From positions 576,001-640,000 of the forward strand of contig CAWDNU010000001.1 of the NCBI GenBank assembly GCA_963803705.1: DNA of 64,000 nt, written 5' to 3'. A program made the position numbers and the translations under genes. Below the pieces are notes generated by a model, which worked only from the letters and a program-made list of their open reading frames with translations, did not search any database and was not told the origin of the DNA. Below, piece by piece: positions 10,091-20,255 of the stretch (its first letter is position 1; each line of letters begins with the position of its first letter). Source of the DNA: an uncultured Pseudobdellovibrionaceae bacterium (lineage in GTDB: Bacteria; Bdellovibrionota; Bdellovibrionia; Bdellovibrionales; UBA1609).

Positions 10091-12493
10091 ATGAACCTTC
10101 TAAATCAATTTGTAGCTGCAAAAACAAACTTCAGTTTATCAGACAATCAAATCAACTGTATTCAGATGATCGACAAGGGTGCCTCGTTAGAGGAAGTGCT
10201 TTTGTCAGTCCGTCAGACAAACTTAAATATCCCTTATTGGCAAATAGACCTTTTTGAATCTGTAATCAGAGATTTTAAAGATTTCGACAAGAAAAAGCAA
10301 AAATATGTTTCTGATGTTTTACATCAGAATATTGAAAACAAAGAAGAGGTCGTAACATCGTTAAATTCAACGCTAAGCAGTTCTGAATTAGAAGATGCCT
10401 ACCGTCCATTCAAACGAAGGAAGAAAACAAAAGCAACACTTGCTAGGGAAGCAGGGCTGGCAGAACTGGCCGATTGGATTTTAGATATTGCTTATGGGAA
10501 ACAATATTCCGATATCAGTTTAGAAGTTAAGGCCAAAGAATACATAAAGCCTGCACTGGGATTTGTGACCTACGACACCGTTTTAAAGGGTGCCCAAGAT
10601 ATTATAGTAGACCGCTTGCTTAAAAAATCTGAAATACGTCAGAAACTTAGTCAGCTCTATTATAAAGACGCTTTTCTAAAAGTAGAAAAGTCGGATAAAT
10701 TTAAAAACTCGAAGTATAACACTTTATTAGCATTTAAAGAGAAAGTTTCTGCTCTATTGGAATCAAAAAACTATTTTAAATTCCCACTGGTAAAAAAAGC
10801 TTGGGAAGAGTCCCAGGTCAAAGTTTTACTTGAAGTTGATAAATCAGGCGTGGTTGAAAGTCTTAGGTCTGAAACACTAATGTTGTCTAAAAACAGTCCA
10901 TGGTCAGGTTTTGTAAATGAAGCTTTTTTTAAAGCAATAGATATCCATATTATTCCTTCTATCACGCAAGAAATAATGGAAGAGCTTTTGATCGTTTCGG
11001 AAAATGAAACTATCAAAAGGCTTAAACAGGATTATTTGAAAATACTGCTGACACCTGCATTCGGGGAAAAACCTGTTCTTAGTTTTACTCAGGTTAAAGA
11101 AGACAAGTTCGAGATGGCTCTAATTACAGAAGTTGGTGAATTGGTTTCAGCCACCACGGTAAAACTTGATCAAGAAAGCTCCAAAGCAGATTTTTCAAAA
11201 TTGGTAGAGGGCATTGCTAACCAAATTCAACTTGGGGCCATCGCAATTGGGCTTAGTCCCCTAGCAAGGACTACTGAGAAATTTATTTTAAGCGCGTTCA
11301 ATGATGATCCTAAAAAGCTTCCAGCGCCGATTGCGTTCGTAGACATGCGAGGGGTTTCCTCTTATGTGCACAAATGTTTCGAGGCTGATAAATCCAAATC
11401 AAGAATGGAATATACGCTTCTTACTGTTGCTCGTAGAATGCAAGATCCTCTTATGGAACTTGCTAAATATTCTGGGAAGTCGCTACTAGATATTCCACCT
11501 TACGTGAGTAACGAAAAACTTTTACCCGAGTTAGATAAGGTCTTAAGATTCTGCTTATCCGCAGTGGGTTTAGATATTAATAAGGCCGAAAGGATACATT
11601 TAGGTTTGGTACCTGGTGTGTCGGTCGAAGCCCAAGATGCGATTCTAAAATTTAGAACAGAAAAATCAAGATTTGTCGAAAAGTCTCAACTTCGAACTGA
11701 CCTTGGAATGTCTGAAGAAGAATATGACCTATGCTCTTCTTTTTTGAAGGTTCCAATTTCTAAATCAATTTTAGATAAGACTCAGCTTTCCGGAAAGGAC
11801 TTTCCAGCTATTAAAGATTTTTTAAAAGATCAACAGATGTCACTTCCGTTAGACATGACTAGTGAGAAAGAGGTTGAAGTCATGGGCTCTAAATGGAGCT
11901 CTATTTTTGGTCAAGAAAAACTAAAATTTATACTCAAAGAGCTTAGAAACCCTTACTCGGATCCCAGAAGAGCCTACAAATTTTTTGGGTTTAGTAATAC
12001 GCTTAAAAAATTAGAAGATATTAAAATCGGTTGGAATTACCCGGGCTTGGTGACAAAGTTTTCAAGCTTCGGAGCTTTTGTAGACATTGGTGTTGGACAA
12101 GAAGGCCTGGTGCATTTAAGTGAACTTTCAAGTGAATATGTTTCAGATCCGCGAAAAGTTTTAGGTGTTGGCGAATGGATTTATGTTCACGTAGTTGATG
12201 TAAAAGCAGATAAAAAGTTAATTTCATTATCTAAAATTAAAGCTGAGAAACGCCCTAGTCGGAAAGTCACTAACCGCACTGATGATGCAAAAACAAAGAA
12301 AAATAGTTTTAGTAAAACTGCCAGATTCGATGAGTCAAAAAATTCAAAAACTAATTACAAAAACAAAAATTATAAGGGCAAACTAACCTCTGGCTCTAAA
12401 CCTAATTCTTCTGGAGCTAATAAAAAAAGGGCTCCAAGAACTCCATTCAACAACCCTTTCGCGGCTTTATCCGACATTAATTTAAAAGAGTAA
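10091..12493 (+). CDS. Tex-like S1 RNA-binding transcription accessory protein (divergent)
   Basis: LEDAYRPFK..KTKA..AREAGL, ARRMQDPL.EL, DIN.A, DPR, S1 domain FGAFVDIG..GLVHLSEL. Confidence 0.8.
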   Translation: MNLLNQFVAAKTNFSLSDNQINCIQMIDKGASLEEVLLSVRQTNLNIPYWQIDLFESVIRDFKDFDKKKQKYVSDVLHQNIENKEEVVTSLNSTLSSSELEDAYRPFKRRKKTKATLAREAGLAELADWILDIAYGKQYSDISLEVKAKEYIKPALGFVTYDTVLKGAQDIIVDRLLKKSEIRQKLSQLYYKDAFLKVEKSDKFKNSKYNTLLAFKEKVSALLESKNYFKFPLVKKAWEESQVKVLLEVDKSGVVESLRSETLMLSKNSPWSGFVNEAFFKAIDIHIIPSITQEIMEELLIVSENETIKRLKQDYLKILLTPAFGEKPVLSFTQVKEDKFEMALITEVGELVSATTVKLDQESSKADFSKLVEGIANQIQLGAIAIGLSPLARTTEKFILSAFNDDPKKLPAPIAFVDMRGVSSYVHKCFEADKSKSRMEYTLLTVARRMQDPLMELAKYSGKSLLDIPPYVSNEKLLPELDKVLRFCLSAVGLDINKAERIHLGLVPGVSVEAQDAILKFRTEKSRFVEKSQLRTDLGMSEEEYDLCSSFLKVPISKSILDKTQLSGKDFPAIKDFLKDQQMSLPLDMTSEKEVEVMGSKWSSIFGQEKLKFILKELRNPYSDPRRAYKFFGFSNTLKKLEDIKIGWNYPGLVTKFSSFGAFVDIGVGQEGLVHLSELSSEYVSDPRKVLGVGEWIYVHVVDVKADKKLISLSKIKAEKRPSRKVTNRTDDAKTKKNSFSKTARFDESKNSKTNYKNKNYKGKLTSGSKPNSSGANKKRAPRTPFNNPFAALSDINLKE

Positions 12494-12496
12494 TCC

Positions 12497-12880
12497 ATGA
12501 AACTTGTTTTTCTAATCTTTATTCTGTCTGCGCCACTGGTCACTTTTGCTAGCGGTTCCAAGAGCGTTAAGACTTTTAAAAATTATTTGAAACAGGCCCG
12601 TAAAGAGTATTCAAAAACCCAGAGATCACTTATCAATGGTGGCGATTCTTTTCTGAAAAGGCATACAGTTTCTGCTGAAAAACTTTCTTTGGCTGAAATG
12701 CTGCCGCTTTCCCGCAGGGAACTTGCTTCATTCTGTAGAGGCTACTCTGGTAAAATTTTAAAGTATTATAATGTAGATAATCCCGCGCAGCTGCGAGCTT
12801 TGAAAAGCTCTGTATTTACCGAATATAATAAAATGGTCGCTTTGCAGTGTCGAGACTTCCAGATTAAATCTAAAAAATAA
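12497..12880 (+). CDS. Hypothetical secreted basic protein
   Basis: Signal-peptide-like N-terminus, AGGAG-like RBS, two Cys. Confidence 0.6.
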   Translation: MKLVFLIFILSAPLVTFASGSKSVKTFKNYLKQARKEYSKTQRSLINGGDSFLKRHTVSAEKLSLAEMLPLSRRELASFCRGYSGKILKYYNVDNPAQLRALKSSVFTEYNKMVALQCRDFQIKSKK

Positions 12881-12910
12881 CCGCGGTACTACAATCGTCT
12901 GTTTTAGAAT

Positions 12911-13702
12911 CTAGATTAGGTATTTTGTAAGTTCCTGAAAGCCATATCCGCCTTTTTTTGAGCATAAATACTCTGGTGGAAATGTAAACTGATCCAATTG
13001 TGTCTCAATATTTTTTACTCCCACAGTATAATCAAAAAATTTGAACATAGGCTCATCGTTTAGTGAGTCACCGACGAACAGCACTTTTTCTTTAAGATCA
13101 GCTTCACTAGTCAGGTCCCATCTGTCTTTAAGAAATGCCAAGGACGTTGACAACTTGTCGTGGTCGCCAAACCATCCGTTTACGTGAATAGAACTTACCT
13201 TAGCTTTAGCGCCATGATTATGAAAGATTCTAACGATTTTATTTATGCAGGATTGAGGAAGTGGAGCAACATCTTCACAGTAATCAACAGCAAGATCAAC
13301 AGCTCTGCTGAACTGGTCGGAGGCTATCGCAGAACCAGAAACCTCTTCGAGTATTTCTACTTTGATTTGTGCCAACTTTTTCTGATTGGCATCTCGTTCT
13401 TTTTCCGTCTGAGAGAAACTTCGGTTCATCTTTTTTTTATCGTAATAGAAATAAAAAGCACCGTTTTCACCAACCACTCCCTCAACGGGCCAGAATCTAG
13501 CGATCATTTCACACCAACCTGCGGGGCGTCCAGTGATAGGCACAACATTGTAGCCCGCGCGCTTTAGAAGCCATAAAGAGTCATAAGCTTCAGAAAACAA
13601 CTTGCCTTCATTGGTTAATGTGTCATCAATGTCACAAAGAACATATTTTATTTTTTTGTTGTCGAGCTGACTTAAATTTTTAAAATTTTTGCCTTGAGTC
13701 AT
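12911..13702 (-). CDS. HAD-superfamily hydrolase, subfamily IIB
   Basis: DIDDTLT, ITGRP, ENGA, GDSLNDEPMF. Confidence 0.9.
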   Translation of the reverse strand: MTQGKNFKNLSQLDNKKIKYVLCDIDDTLTNEGKLFSEAYDSLWLLKRAGYNVVPITGRPAGWCEMIARFWPVEGVVGENGAFYFYYDKKKMNRSFSQTEKERDANQKKLAQIKVEILEEVSGSAIASDQFSRAVDLAVDYCEDVAPLPQSCINKIVRIFHNHGAKAKVSSIHVNGWFGDHDKLSTSLAFLKDRWDLTSEADLKEKVLFVGDSLNDEPMFKFFDYTVGVKNIETQLDQFTFPPEYLCSKKGGYGFQELTKYLI

Positions 13703-13823
13703 AAATCCTCTTGCGTTAATGAGTTGAAGAACTTTATTTTAAAGCTAAGTGCAAAATTTATATTACAGTGAACTAGGAAATTTAAACATTAAAATTTCAA
13801 AAAATTTATAACTAGAGGTAGAA

Positions 13824-16592
13824 GTGGCGAAATCAGTACAAGGTAAAACATTAGTCATCGTTGAGTCGCCGACCAAAGCGAAAACAATTAGAAAGTTTTT
13901 AACTAAAGACTACGTGGTTGAATCTTGCATGGGTCATATTCGAGATTTGCCTCAGTCAGCCAAAGATATTCCAGAAAAGTATAAAAAACAATCCTGGTCT
14001 CGATTAGGTGTTAATGTAGATAAGAATTTTGATCCGATATACTGTGTTCCAAAAAATAAGACCAAGATTGTCACCTTGCTGAAGTCGTTGGTTAAAGATG
14101 CTGACGAAATCATTCTGGCTACCGATGAAGACCGAGAGGGTGAAAGTATAAGCTGGCATCTTTTAGAAGTATTAAAGCCTAAAGTTCCAATTAAGCGAAT
14201 GGTTTTTCACGAAATCACAAAAGAAGCTATTTTAAAAAGTTTGAAAGAAGTAAGGGATATTGATTACAATATGGTTCGGGCTCAGGAAGCCCGTAGGATA
14301 TTAGATAGATTGGTAGGCTATACGATTTCACCTATTTTATGGAAAAAAGTGGCTTATGGTCTTTCTGCTGGTCGAGTGCAATCGGTTGCGGTACGCCTAA
14401 TTTCAGAGCGTGAGCATGAACGAATTAGATTTGTTAAGTCTAAATACGGAAGTCTACTTGGTAACGCTTTGAAAGAAAAAGAGCTTTTTCCAGTGCGTCT
14501 TAATAGTTATAAAAGTAAGAAGCTTGCAATCGGAAAAGATTTTGACGAACTTACAGGAGATCTTAAACCTGAGCGATCTTCGAAAGTAATCGTATTAGAT
14601 GAAAAAGTAGCTGATAAAATTAAATCTTTAATCAAAAATGAAAATTTGAAGGTCGTTGATGTAGATCAAAAACCTGTTAGTCGTAAGCCAGCAGCTCCAT
14701 TTATAACATCAACCTTGCAGCAAGAAGCCAACAGAAAATTAGGACTCTCGTCTAGAGAGGCCATGCAAGTTGCACAAAAACTTTATGAGCAAGGTTTGAT
14801 TACTTATATGAGAACAGACTCTACGTTTTTATCTAAACAGGCTTTGGATGCGTCGAGAAAAGCGATTAAAAATTTGTATGGTGCTAAATTTGTACCTGAC
14901 AGTCCAAGAGATTACTCATCTAAGAAATCTAAAGGAGCCCAAGAGGCTCATGAAGCTATCAGACCTTCCGGAACAGAATTTGTTAAGCCAGATGAATCCG
15001 GTTTATCTGGTGTACAGCTAAAACTATATGATTTGATTTGGAAAAGAACCGTTGCTTCTCAAATGGTTAACGCTGAACAGAAGCAAGTTAGCGTTAAATT
15101 ACAAGCTTCTGATACAGAGTGGAACGCTTCTGGAATGACGATTACATTTGCAGGTTTTTTAAAGGCTTACGTTGAAGGTTTTGACGATCCTGAAGCACAA
15201 CTTTCTGATCGTGAGGTCCACTTACCAGAATTAAAAGTTGGCGACCAGATAAAGGTAAAAGACTACAAGTTTAACCAGCACGAAACGAAGCCTCCTGCGC
15301 GTTTTACAGAAGCAAGCCTTGTTCAAAAGTTAGAAAAAGAAGGTGTTGGTCGACCATCAACATACGCATCGATTATCGGCACCATTCAAGATCGTGGTTA
15401 CGTAAAAAAAGTTGGAAATCAGCTTCAGCCTACTTTCACGGCTTTAATTGTTAGCCAGTTGTTGAAAAAGTTTTTTCCAGATTATGTTGATCTAAGTTTT
15501 ACATCCTCTATGGAAGACTCTTTAGATGAAATTGCGTCCGGCGATAAGGATTGGTTAGACTATTTAAGTTCAGTGTATTTAGGAAAAACAGGCTTAAGAG
15601 AGCTTGTTGAAACCAAAGAGGATCTAATTGATCCTGAAGAGTCAAGATCTATAACTTTAAAGGGTTTAGAAGATTATAGTTTCAGGGTAGGAAGGTATGG
15701 TGCATATGTGTGTCGAACTGAAGTTGATGGCACTGAAGTATGTGCTTCGCTTCCGGAAGAAAGTGCGCCAGCAGATGTTTCTGGTGAGACCGCAGATAAA
15801 CTTATTGATTTGAAAATTAATGGTGCTGATTCAATGGGTAAGGATCCTGAAACAGGTCTGCCAGTTTATATTTTAACTGGAAGATACGGGCCCTATGTTC
15901 AACTAGGTGATGCCACTGATGAAGAGCAAAAACCTAAAAGGGTCTCGATACCACCTAACATAGATCACGAGACCGTAGACTTTGAGACAGCTTTGAAATA
16001 CCTTTCACTACCCATTGCTTTAGGCACAAATCCATCTACAGAAAAAGAAATTAAAGCAAGTATAGGACGCTTTGGACCTTATATAGTTCACGATGGCGAC
16101 TTTAGGTCTGTACCCAAAGACATGAATATCTTTGAGATAAATTTAGAAGGTGCACTAGAACTTTTATCCAGACCAAAGAAAGGCCGTGGAAAAGCCAGTG
16201 CTATAAAATCCCTAGGAGAGCACCCAGTGGCTAAAAAAGTTATGGAGGTTTTTAACGGCAAATATGGTCCTTACATTAAATGCGGCAAAGTAAACGTTTC
16301 TGTACCAGAAGATATCGGTGTGGACGGTATAACTGCAGAAAAAGCCATCGAACTTTTTGAAGTCAAAATTGATGACTTAAAAGCAGGTGCTGCAAGTTCG
16401 AAGAAAACTACAAAAAAAACTAAAAAGAAAAAATCCAAAGCTAAAAAAAAGAAAACCGCAAAAAAAACAGCTGATAAAGTAACAAGTCCTAAGTCCAAAG
16501 CTATAACAAATAAAACGAAAACGAAAATGAAAACCTCTACTTCGAAAGAGTCTTCTGGACAAAAAGTTGTTTTAAGGAAAAAAAAGAAATAG
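13824..16592 (+). CDS. topA: DNA topoisomerase I with C-terminal repeats and Lys-rich tail
   Basis: IVESPTKAKTI, ATDEDREGE, SAGRVQS, ITYMRTD, repeated GRYGPY motifs. Confidence 0.97.
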   Translation: MAKSVQGKTLVIVESPTKAKTIRKFLTKDYVVESCMGHIRDLPQSAKDIPEKYKKQSWSRLGVNVDKNFDPIYCVPKNKTKIVTLLKSLVKDADEIILATDEDREGESISWHLLEVLKPKVPIKRMVFHEITKEAILKSLKEVRDIDYNMVRAQEARRILDRLVGYTISPILWKKVAYGLSAGRVQSVAVRLISEREHERIRFVKSKYGSLLGNALKEKELFPVRLNSYKSKKLAIGKDFDELTGDLKPERSSKVIVLDEKVADKIKSLIKNENLKVVDVDQKPVSRKPAAPFITSTLQQEANRKLGLSSREAMQVAQKLYEQGLITYMRTDSTFLSKQALDASRKAIKNLYGAKFVPDSPRDYSSKKSKGAQEAHEAIRPSGTEFVKPDESGLSGVQLKLYDLIWKRTVASQMVNAEQKQVSVKLQASDTEWNASGMTITFAGFLKAYVEGFDDPEAQLSDREVHLPELKVGDQIKVKDYKFNQHETKPPARFTEASLVQKLEKEGVGRPSTYASIIGTIQDRGYVKKVGNQLQPTFTALIVSQLLKKFFPDYVDLSFTSSMEDSLDEIASGDKDWLDYLSSVYLGKTGLRELVETKEDLIDPEESRSITLKGLEDYSFRVGRYGAYVCRTEVDGTEVCASLPEESAPADVSGETADKLIDLKINGADSMGKDPETGLPVYILTGRYGPYVQLGDATDEEQKPKRVSIPPNIDHETVDFETALKYLSLPIALGTNPSTEKEIKASIGRFGPYIVHDGDFRSVPKDMNIFEINLEGALELLSRPKKGRGKASAIKSLGEHPVAKKVMEVFNGKYGPYIKCGKVNVSVPEDIGVDGITAEKAIELFEVKIDDLKAGAASSKKTTKKTKKKKSKAKKKKTAKKTADKVTSPKSKAITNKTKTKMKTSTSKESSGQKVVLRKKKK

Positions 16593-16832
16593 ATAAGGCG
16601 ACGGGCATTAAGTTACTGTTAACTTTCTAGTTAAGTGATTTTTAACATCAACAAAACATACTCTGACAAAGTCACTTACTTCGTATTACTAGCCCATGGT
16701 CATTTTTGATAATAAGTACGGCCAAAGGGCTTAGCTTGCTCTTCGGTACTATATATTATGGCACTTTTGGTAATATACTGTTATTTTGCATCTAATAAAT
16801 GTACAGCTAAATCATAATTTTAAGGAGCGAGT

Positions 16833-18869
16833 ATGAAGTTTATTTTGTCAGTAATGGTTTTTTTCTTCGCATACCAATCGAATGCGGATATCGCTCTTTC
16901 ATGCAAGCACATTCCCCTGATTCAAAAAGGCTTCTTGGATCAGCACATAAATTTTAAAAAGTATTCGAAGAAGCTGGAAAAAAGAGTAATTGATCAGTTC
17001 ATAGAACGTCTAGACCCGTCCAAGCTATACCTTACTTCTGTCGACGTTAAGAACGCCGAAAAATACATGAGAGGGGTTTTAAAAAGAACTCAGCAAGTGG
17101 ATTGTTCGCCTATAATGAAGGTCTATGCAATTTACCAAACAAGGGTGGCTGAGCGATTAGAATTTGTAAAGTCTTATTTAGGGGATAAATATAAATTCGA
17201 TAAGAATGTATCTTTGAATTTGGATGCTGATAAGAGAGCAAGACCAAAAACCGTAAAAGAGATAGATGAATTTCACAAAAAATATTTACATTTTCAAATA
17301 TCGAATTATTTAGCAACTGATATTTCCTTGGATAAAGCAAAAGCAAAAGTAATAAAAAACTACAAAAGAGTTTCAAAAAAAATTGCTGGTTTAAATGAAG
17401 AAGATAGATTTGCAGATTATCTAGATTCGTTTGCAAGAGCCTTAGATCCTCATTCAAGCTATTTTTCCCGAGATGCTTTGGCTAATTTCGAAATTCAAAT
17501 GAAACTTTCTTTAGAAGGTATCGGCGCCACACTAAGATGGGAAGATGGCTTCACCGTTGTTGAAAGTTTAGTTGAAGGTGGATCTGCTGCGGTTAGCAAT
17601 CAGATCAAGCCAAAAGACAAAATTATTGCTGTTAGCCAGGGCCCAGGAAAACCTATGGAAGATGTTATAGACATGGACTTAAATGACGTGGTCAAAAAAA
17701 TTCGTGGTAAAAAAGGAACCCCCGTCCACTTGACTATACTTAGGAAGACAGGCGACACAACCAATCGTTTTGTCGCAAAACTCAAACGTGACAAAATTAA
17801 TTTAGAAGATGAAGCAGCGTCGATCACATACCAGAAAAGAAAAATAGGTGGAGACACAAAGTTGATAGGGTTGGTGAATTTACCCTCTTTTTATTCTGAT
17901 GGAAGGCGAGGCGGTAGATCTTCAGCTAAAGACTTGGCGAAGCTTTTGGTGGAAGCAAATTCTAAAAAAGTCGATGGTATCGTGCTAGATCTTTCTAGTA
18001 ATGGTGGTGGGAGTTTAGATGACGCCGTAAAAATTTCTGGTATGTTTTATAAGACAGGTAACGTGGTCAAACAGTCATCAAGCAATCCTATGCAGCCGGC
18101 GATGGTTCTGGCAGATATTAATTCTGATGTTAATTATAGCGGACCGTTAGTAATTCTAACCAGTAGAGTAAGCGCTTCTGCATCGGAGATTGTTTCGGGA
18201 ACTTTACAGGATTATAAGCGTGCAGTAGTTGTTGGGGCTGATCACACTTTTGGTAAAGGCACAGTGCAGTCAGTTGTGACTTTACCTAGCGTCGGAGCAT
18301 TGAAAGTCACTGTTGGAATGTTCTTTATTCCCGGGGGATATTCTACTCAACATAGGGGTGTCATTTCAGATATTAATTTTCCCAGCACTTTAGAGACAGA
18401 TGATATTGGTGAGAAAACTTACGACTACTCGCTTCCTCCGCAAAAATTAAATTCGTTCATATCGTCATCTGCTTTTGTCACCGAAGGTAAGTACAAGTGG
18501 AAGATTTTAGACAAGAAAACAATCAGTGCTCTTAAAGATGCGTCTGACAAAAGGATCAGCTCAGATGAAGAATTTAAAAAAATTGCAGATGATTTAGCCA
18601 AAGCCATTAAGCGTGGGAAAATTATTGATTTAGCCGAGGTCATGAAGGAAAAGAAGGATTCAAAAAAAGATGAAGAAGGCCCTTTAACTAAAAAACAAAA
18701 AATAGCTAAGTACGAGAAGAGGCCTGAAATTTTAGAGGCTATCAATATCGTAACCGATTTGATTGCTTTAGATAATGACATTCCCTTATCGAAAGTCCAA
18801 ACAAAGTCTTCGCAAGCCTCTAATTCTAAATCAACAAAGTCTAAAAAAACAAAAAAAGCCACTAACTAA
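16833..18869 (+). CDS. prc: Carboxy-terminal processing protease (S41, Prc/Tsp-like)
   Basis: LDPHSSY, LEGIGA, PDZ region, DLSSNGGG, SASASEI, FGKGTVQ. Confidence 0.9.
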   Translation: MKFILSVMVFFFAYQSNADIALSCKHIPLIQKGFLDQHINFKKYSKKLEKRVIDQFIERLDPSKLYLTSVDVKNAEKYMRGVLKRTQQVDCSPIMKVYAIYQTRVAERLEFVKSYLGDKYKFDKNVSLNLDADKRARPKTVKEIDEFHKKYLHFQISNYLATDISLDKAKAKVIKNYKRVSKKIAGLNEEDRFADYLDSFARALDPHSSYFSRDALANFEIQMKLSLEGIGATLRWEDGFTVVESLVEGGSAAVSNQIKPKDKIIAVSQGPGKPMEDVIDMDLNDVVKKIRGKKGTPVHLTILRKTGDTTNRFVAKLKRDKINLEDEAASITYQKRKIGGDTKLIGLVNLPSFYSDGRRGGRSSAKDLAKLLVEANSKKVDGIVLDLSSNGGGSLDDAVKISGMFYKTGNVVKQSSSNPMQPAMVLADINSDVNYSGPLVILTSRVSASASEIVSGTLQDYKRAVVVGADHTFGKGTVQSVVTLPSVGALKVTVGMFFIPGGYSTQHRGVISDINFPSTLETDDIGEKTYDYSLPPQKLNSFISSSAFVTEGKYKWKILDKKTISALKDASDKRISSDEEFKKIADDLAKAIKRGKIIDLAEVMKEKKDSKKDEEGPLTKKQKIAKYEKRPEILEAINIVTDLIALDNDIPLSKVQTKSSQASNSKSTKSKKTKKATN

Positions 18870-18889
18870 GATTGTTCAAATCTTACGGT

Positions 18890-18921
18890 AGAGTCTTAAG
18901 CCTGGTGGCTTAAGACTCTTT
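18890..18921 (+). terminator. Hairpin terminator after prc
   Basis: Perfect 13-bp stem AGAGTCTTAAGCC-TGGT-GGCTTAAGACTCT. Confidence 0.7.
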
Positions 18922-19148
18922 AGATTAAATGTCGGGCTAGGTAACTTTTTTATATGTCAAAATTGCTGCCTACAAGTGTGAAGTTAAAACCTAAAATAAG
19001 TTGATCCCGGTAAGCCAAATATGATGCCCCAAACAACTATGACGCGGCTTTCATAAATGCCAAATTAAAGACCTTAAGCTATCGTTTTTTCATATTGGGT
19101 GGGCTGATCTTAGCGTGTTCTAGCTACCTAGTTTCTAATGGGAGGTTT

Positions 19149-20255
19149 ATGATTCAGAATCAATCTTCAAAGACCGTAACTGGCTCTAAGAAAAAACCAG
19201 TGATAAACAAAAAAGTTAGTAAAGCATCTAAAATTTTTTCTAAGTCAAAACATAAAAAAGACTTTATGGGCTTGGATTCAAGTCTTGTTAAGAAAATATA
19301 CACTTTGATGCTTAAATCTAGAGTTTTAGAAGAGCGTTTGATTAAAATATATAAAGCCGGTGAAGCTTTTTTTTGGATAGGAGCACCAGGTGAAGAGGCC
19401 TTTGGTGTACCGCTTGGCTTACTAGTTAAAAAGGGTCACGGTGTAAAATTTGATTACCTACATCTACATTACAGGGCAACGCCAACGGTTGTCGCAATGG
19501 GAATGCCCCTGATCGACTCGGTTCGATTGATTATGAACAAGGTCACAGATCCCCATACTGGTGGAAGAAATTTTAGCAATCACTATTGTATACCTAAATG
19601 GAATGTTACTCCTATAACTTCTCCAATTGGGGTTCAATACAATTTTGCAATTGGAACCGGTCTAGCCCAAACAAATGAAAAAAGCTCTGGTATTTCCATC
19701 ATCACTGGTGGTGATGCTGGTTCAGCTGAAAGTGACTTTGCAAGTTGTCTGATTTGGGCTAGTCGTCCAGAGCGACCTTTGCCACTTCTTATAACTGTAC
19801 AAAATAATAAATGGGGCATATCTACTTCTTACGACGACCAACATGGCGAAGAGTATGTGGCCGACAGGGGCAAAGCTTTTGGTATAAGGACAAGAGTGAT
19901 TAATGGGAACGATCCAATCGAAACCTACGTGGCACTGACAGAAGAAATGAGTTACATTCGTACAGAAAGAAAGCCAGTTTTGTTAGAAGCGAAGGTGTCC
20001 AGGCTTTACGGTCACTCTTCAGCTTCTGGTGCTAATTTTGATAGTTCAGAACCTGACTGCTTAAGTATTTTTGAAGATAAAGTCAAAAAAGCTGATTTAG
20101 TGACAGACAGTGAAATTAAGACTTTACGAACTTCTTTTGAAAGCGAAGCTCGTCAGGCTATGGAAACTGTTAGAAAAGAATCCTTTCCTTCATCTGATAG
20201 CATATGGGATCACACCTATTTTCAAAGTGAGAATGCGGATTGGAGGAAGTTTTAA
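19149..20255 (+). CDS. 2-oxoacid (probably branched-chain) dehydrogenase E1 alpha
   Basis: TPP motif GDAG...QNNKWGIS, R..GHSS. ATG at 19149 follows GGAGG. Confidence 0.85.
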   Translation: MIQNQSSKTVTGSKKKPVINKKVSKASKIFSKSKHKKDFMGLDSSLVKKIYTLMLKSRVLEERLIKIYKAGEAFFWIGAPGEEAFGVPLGLLVKKGHGVKFDYLHLHYRATPTVVAMGMPLIDSVRLIMNKVTDPHTGGRNFSNHYCIPKWNVTPITSPIGVQYNFAIGTGLAQTNEKSSGISIITGGDAGSAESDFASCLIWASRPERPLPLLITVQNNKWGISTSYDDQHGEEYVADRGKAFGIRTRVINGNDPIETYVALTEEMSYIRTERKPVLLEAKVSRLYGHSSASGANFDSSEPDCLSIFEDKVKKADLVTDSEIKTLRTSFESEARQAMETVRKESFPSSDSIWDHTYFQSENADWRKF

